Made by a program: the position numbers and the translations under genes. Below the pieces are notes generated by a model. It was not told where the DNA came from. It was given only the letters and a program-made list of their open reading frames with translations, and did not search any database. DNA of 64,000 nt from Octopus sinensis (lineage: Eukaryota): contig NC_043014.1 of NCBI RefSeq assembly GCF_006345805.1, forward strand, positions 38,378,001-38,442,000, given 5' to 3'. This document shows, piece by piece, positions 63,669 through 64,000 of the stretch; the first letter of the stretch is position 1, and each line of letters begins with the position of its first letter.

Positions 63669-64000
63669 GTATATTCAGTGAAGTTTATTCACTGATTATC
63701 AAAATAAGAAATATTGAATTTCTAAATCTCTCGTAGAGACATGTACGGTGGTGGGGCGATAGAATGAGGAGGCGTTCGATGCTTCCTAGGGATATACAGC
63801 GGTGGTGTACCCCCTACTGTCACGTTCTTGTTAGATTGACAGTATACAACCATTCTATCGCCCCACCACCGTACATGTCTCTACGAGAGATTTAGAAATT
63901 CAATATTTCTTATTTTGATAATCAGTGAATAAACTTCACTGAATATATATATATACAATTACGAAGTCGAGGCAAATATCACCAGCTGACCGGTGTCTGC

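Overview
This is AT-rich, repeat-dense eukaryotic DNA. The SINE/LINE content and gene set point to a coleoid cephalopod, most likely Octopus (inference). Three genes were reconstructed by hand from splice sites and reading phase. (1) The first three coding exons of ASB3 (minus strand; the gene continues off the left edge). (2) An intronless SPATA24-like ORF (plus strand), head-to-head with ASB3 and 607 bp away. (3) A complete 14-coding-exon, 2796-nt (931 aa) secreted animal haem peroxidase-family gene (minus, 48176-22635). Its architecture is signal peptide, Arg/Gly-rich segment, a ~71% alanine segment, peroxidase domain and a C-terminal TSP1-like module. Five conserved haem-pocket residues are substituted, while both histidines are kept. 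The rest is tRNA-derived SINEs (at least four families), RTE-like LINE 3' ends, four Helitrons, mariner/Tigger relics, MITEs and microsatellites. Several unrelated small elements carry minimal type I hammerhead-ribozyme-like folds of the Penelope-pLTR/retrozyme kind. The best one lies in a circularly permuted ~311-bp monomer at the right end, and another is the tail of a tRNA-headed fold-back element. Most ORF-track entries are microsatellite or SINE artefacts. All homology calls come from recalled motifs, not database searches.
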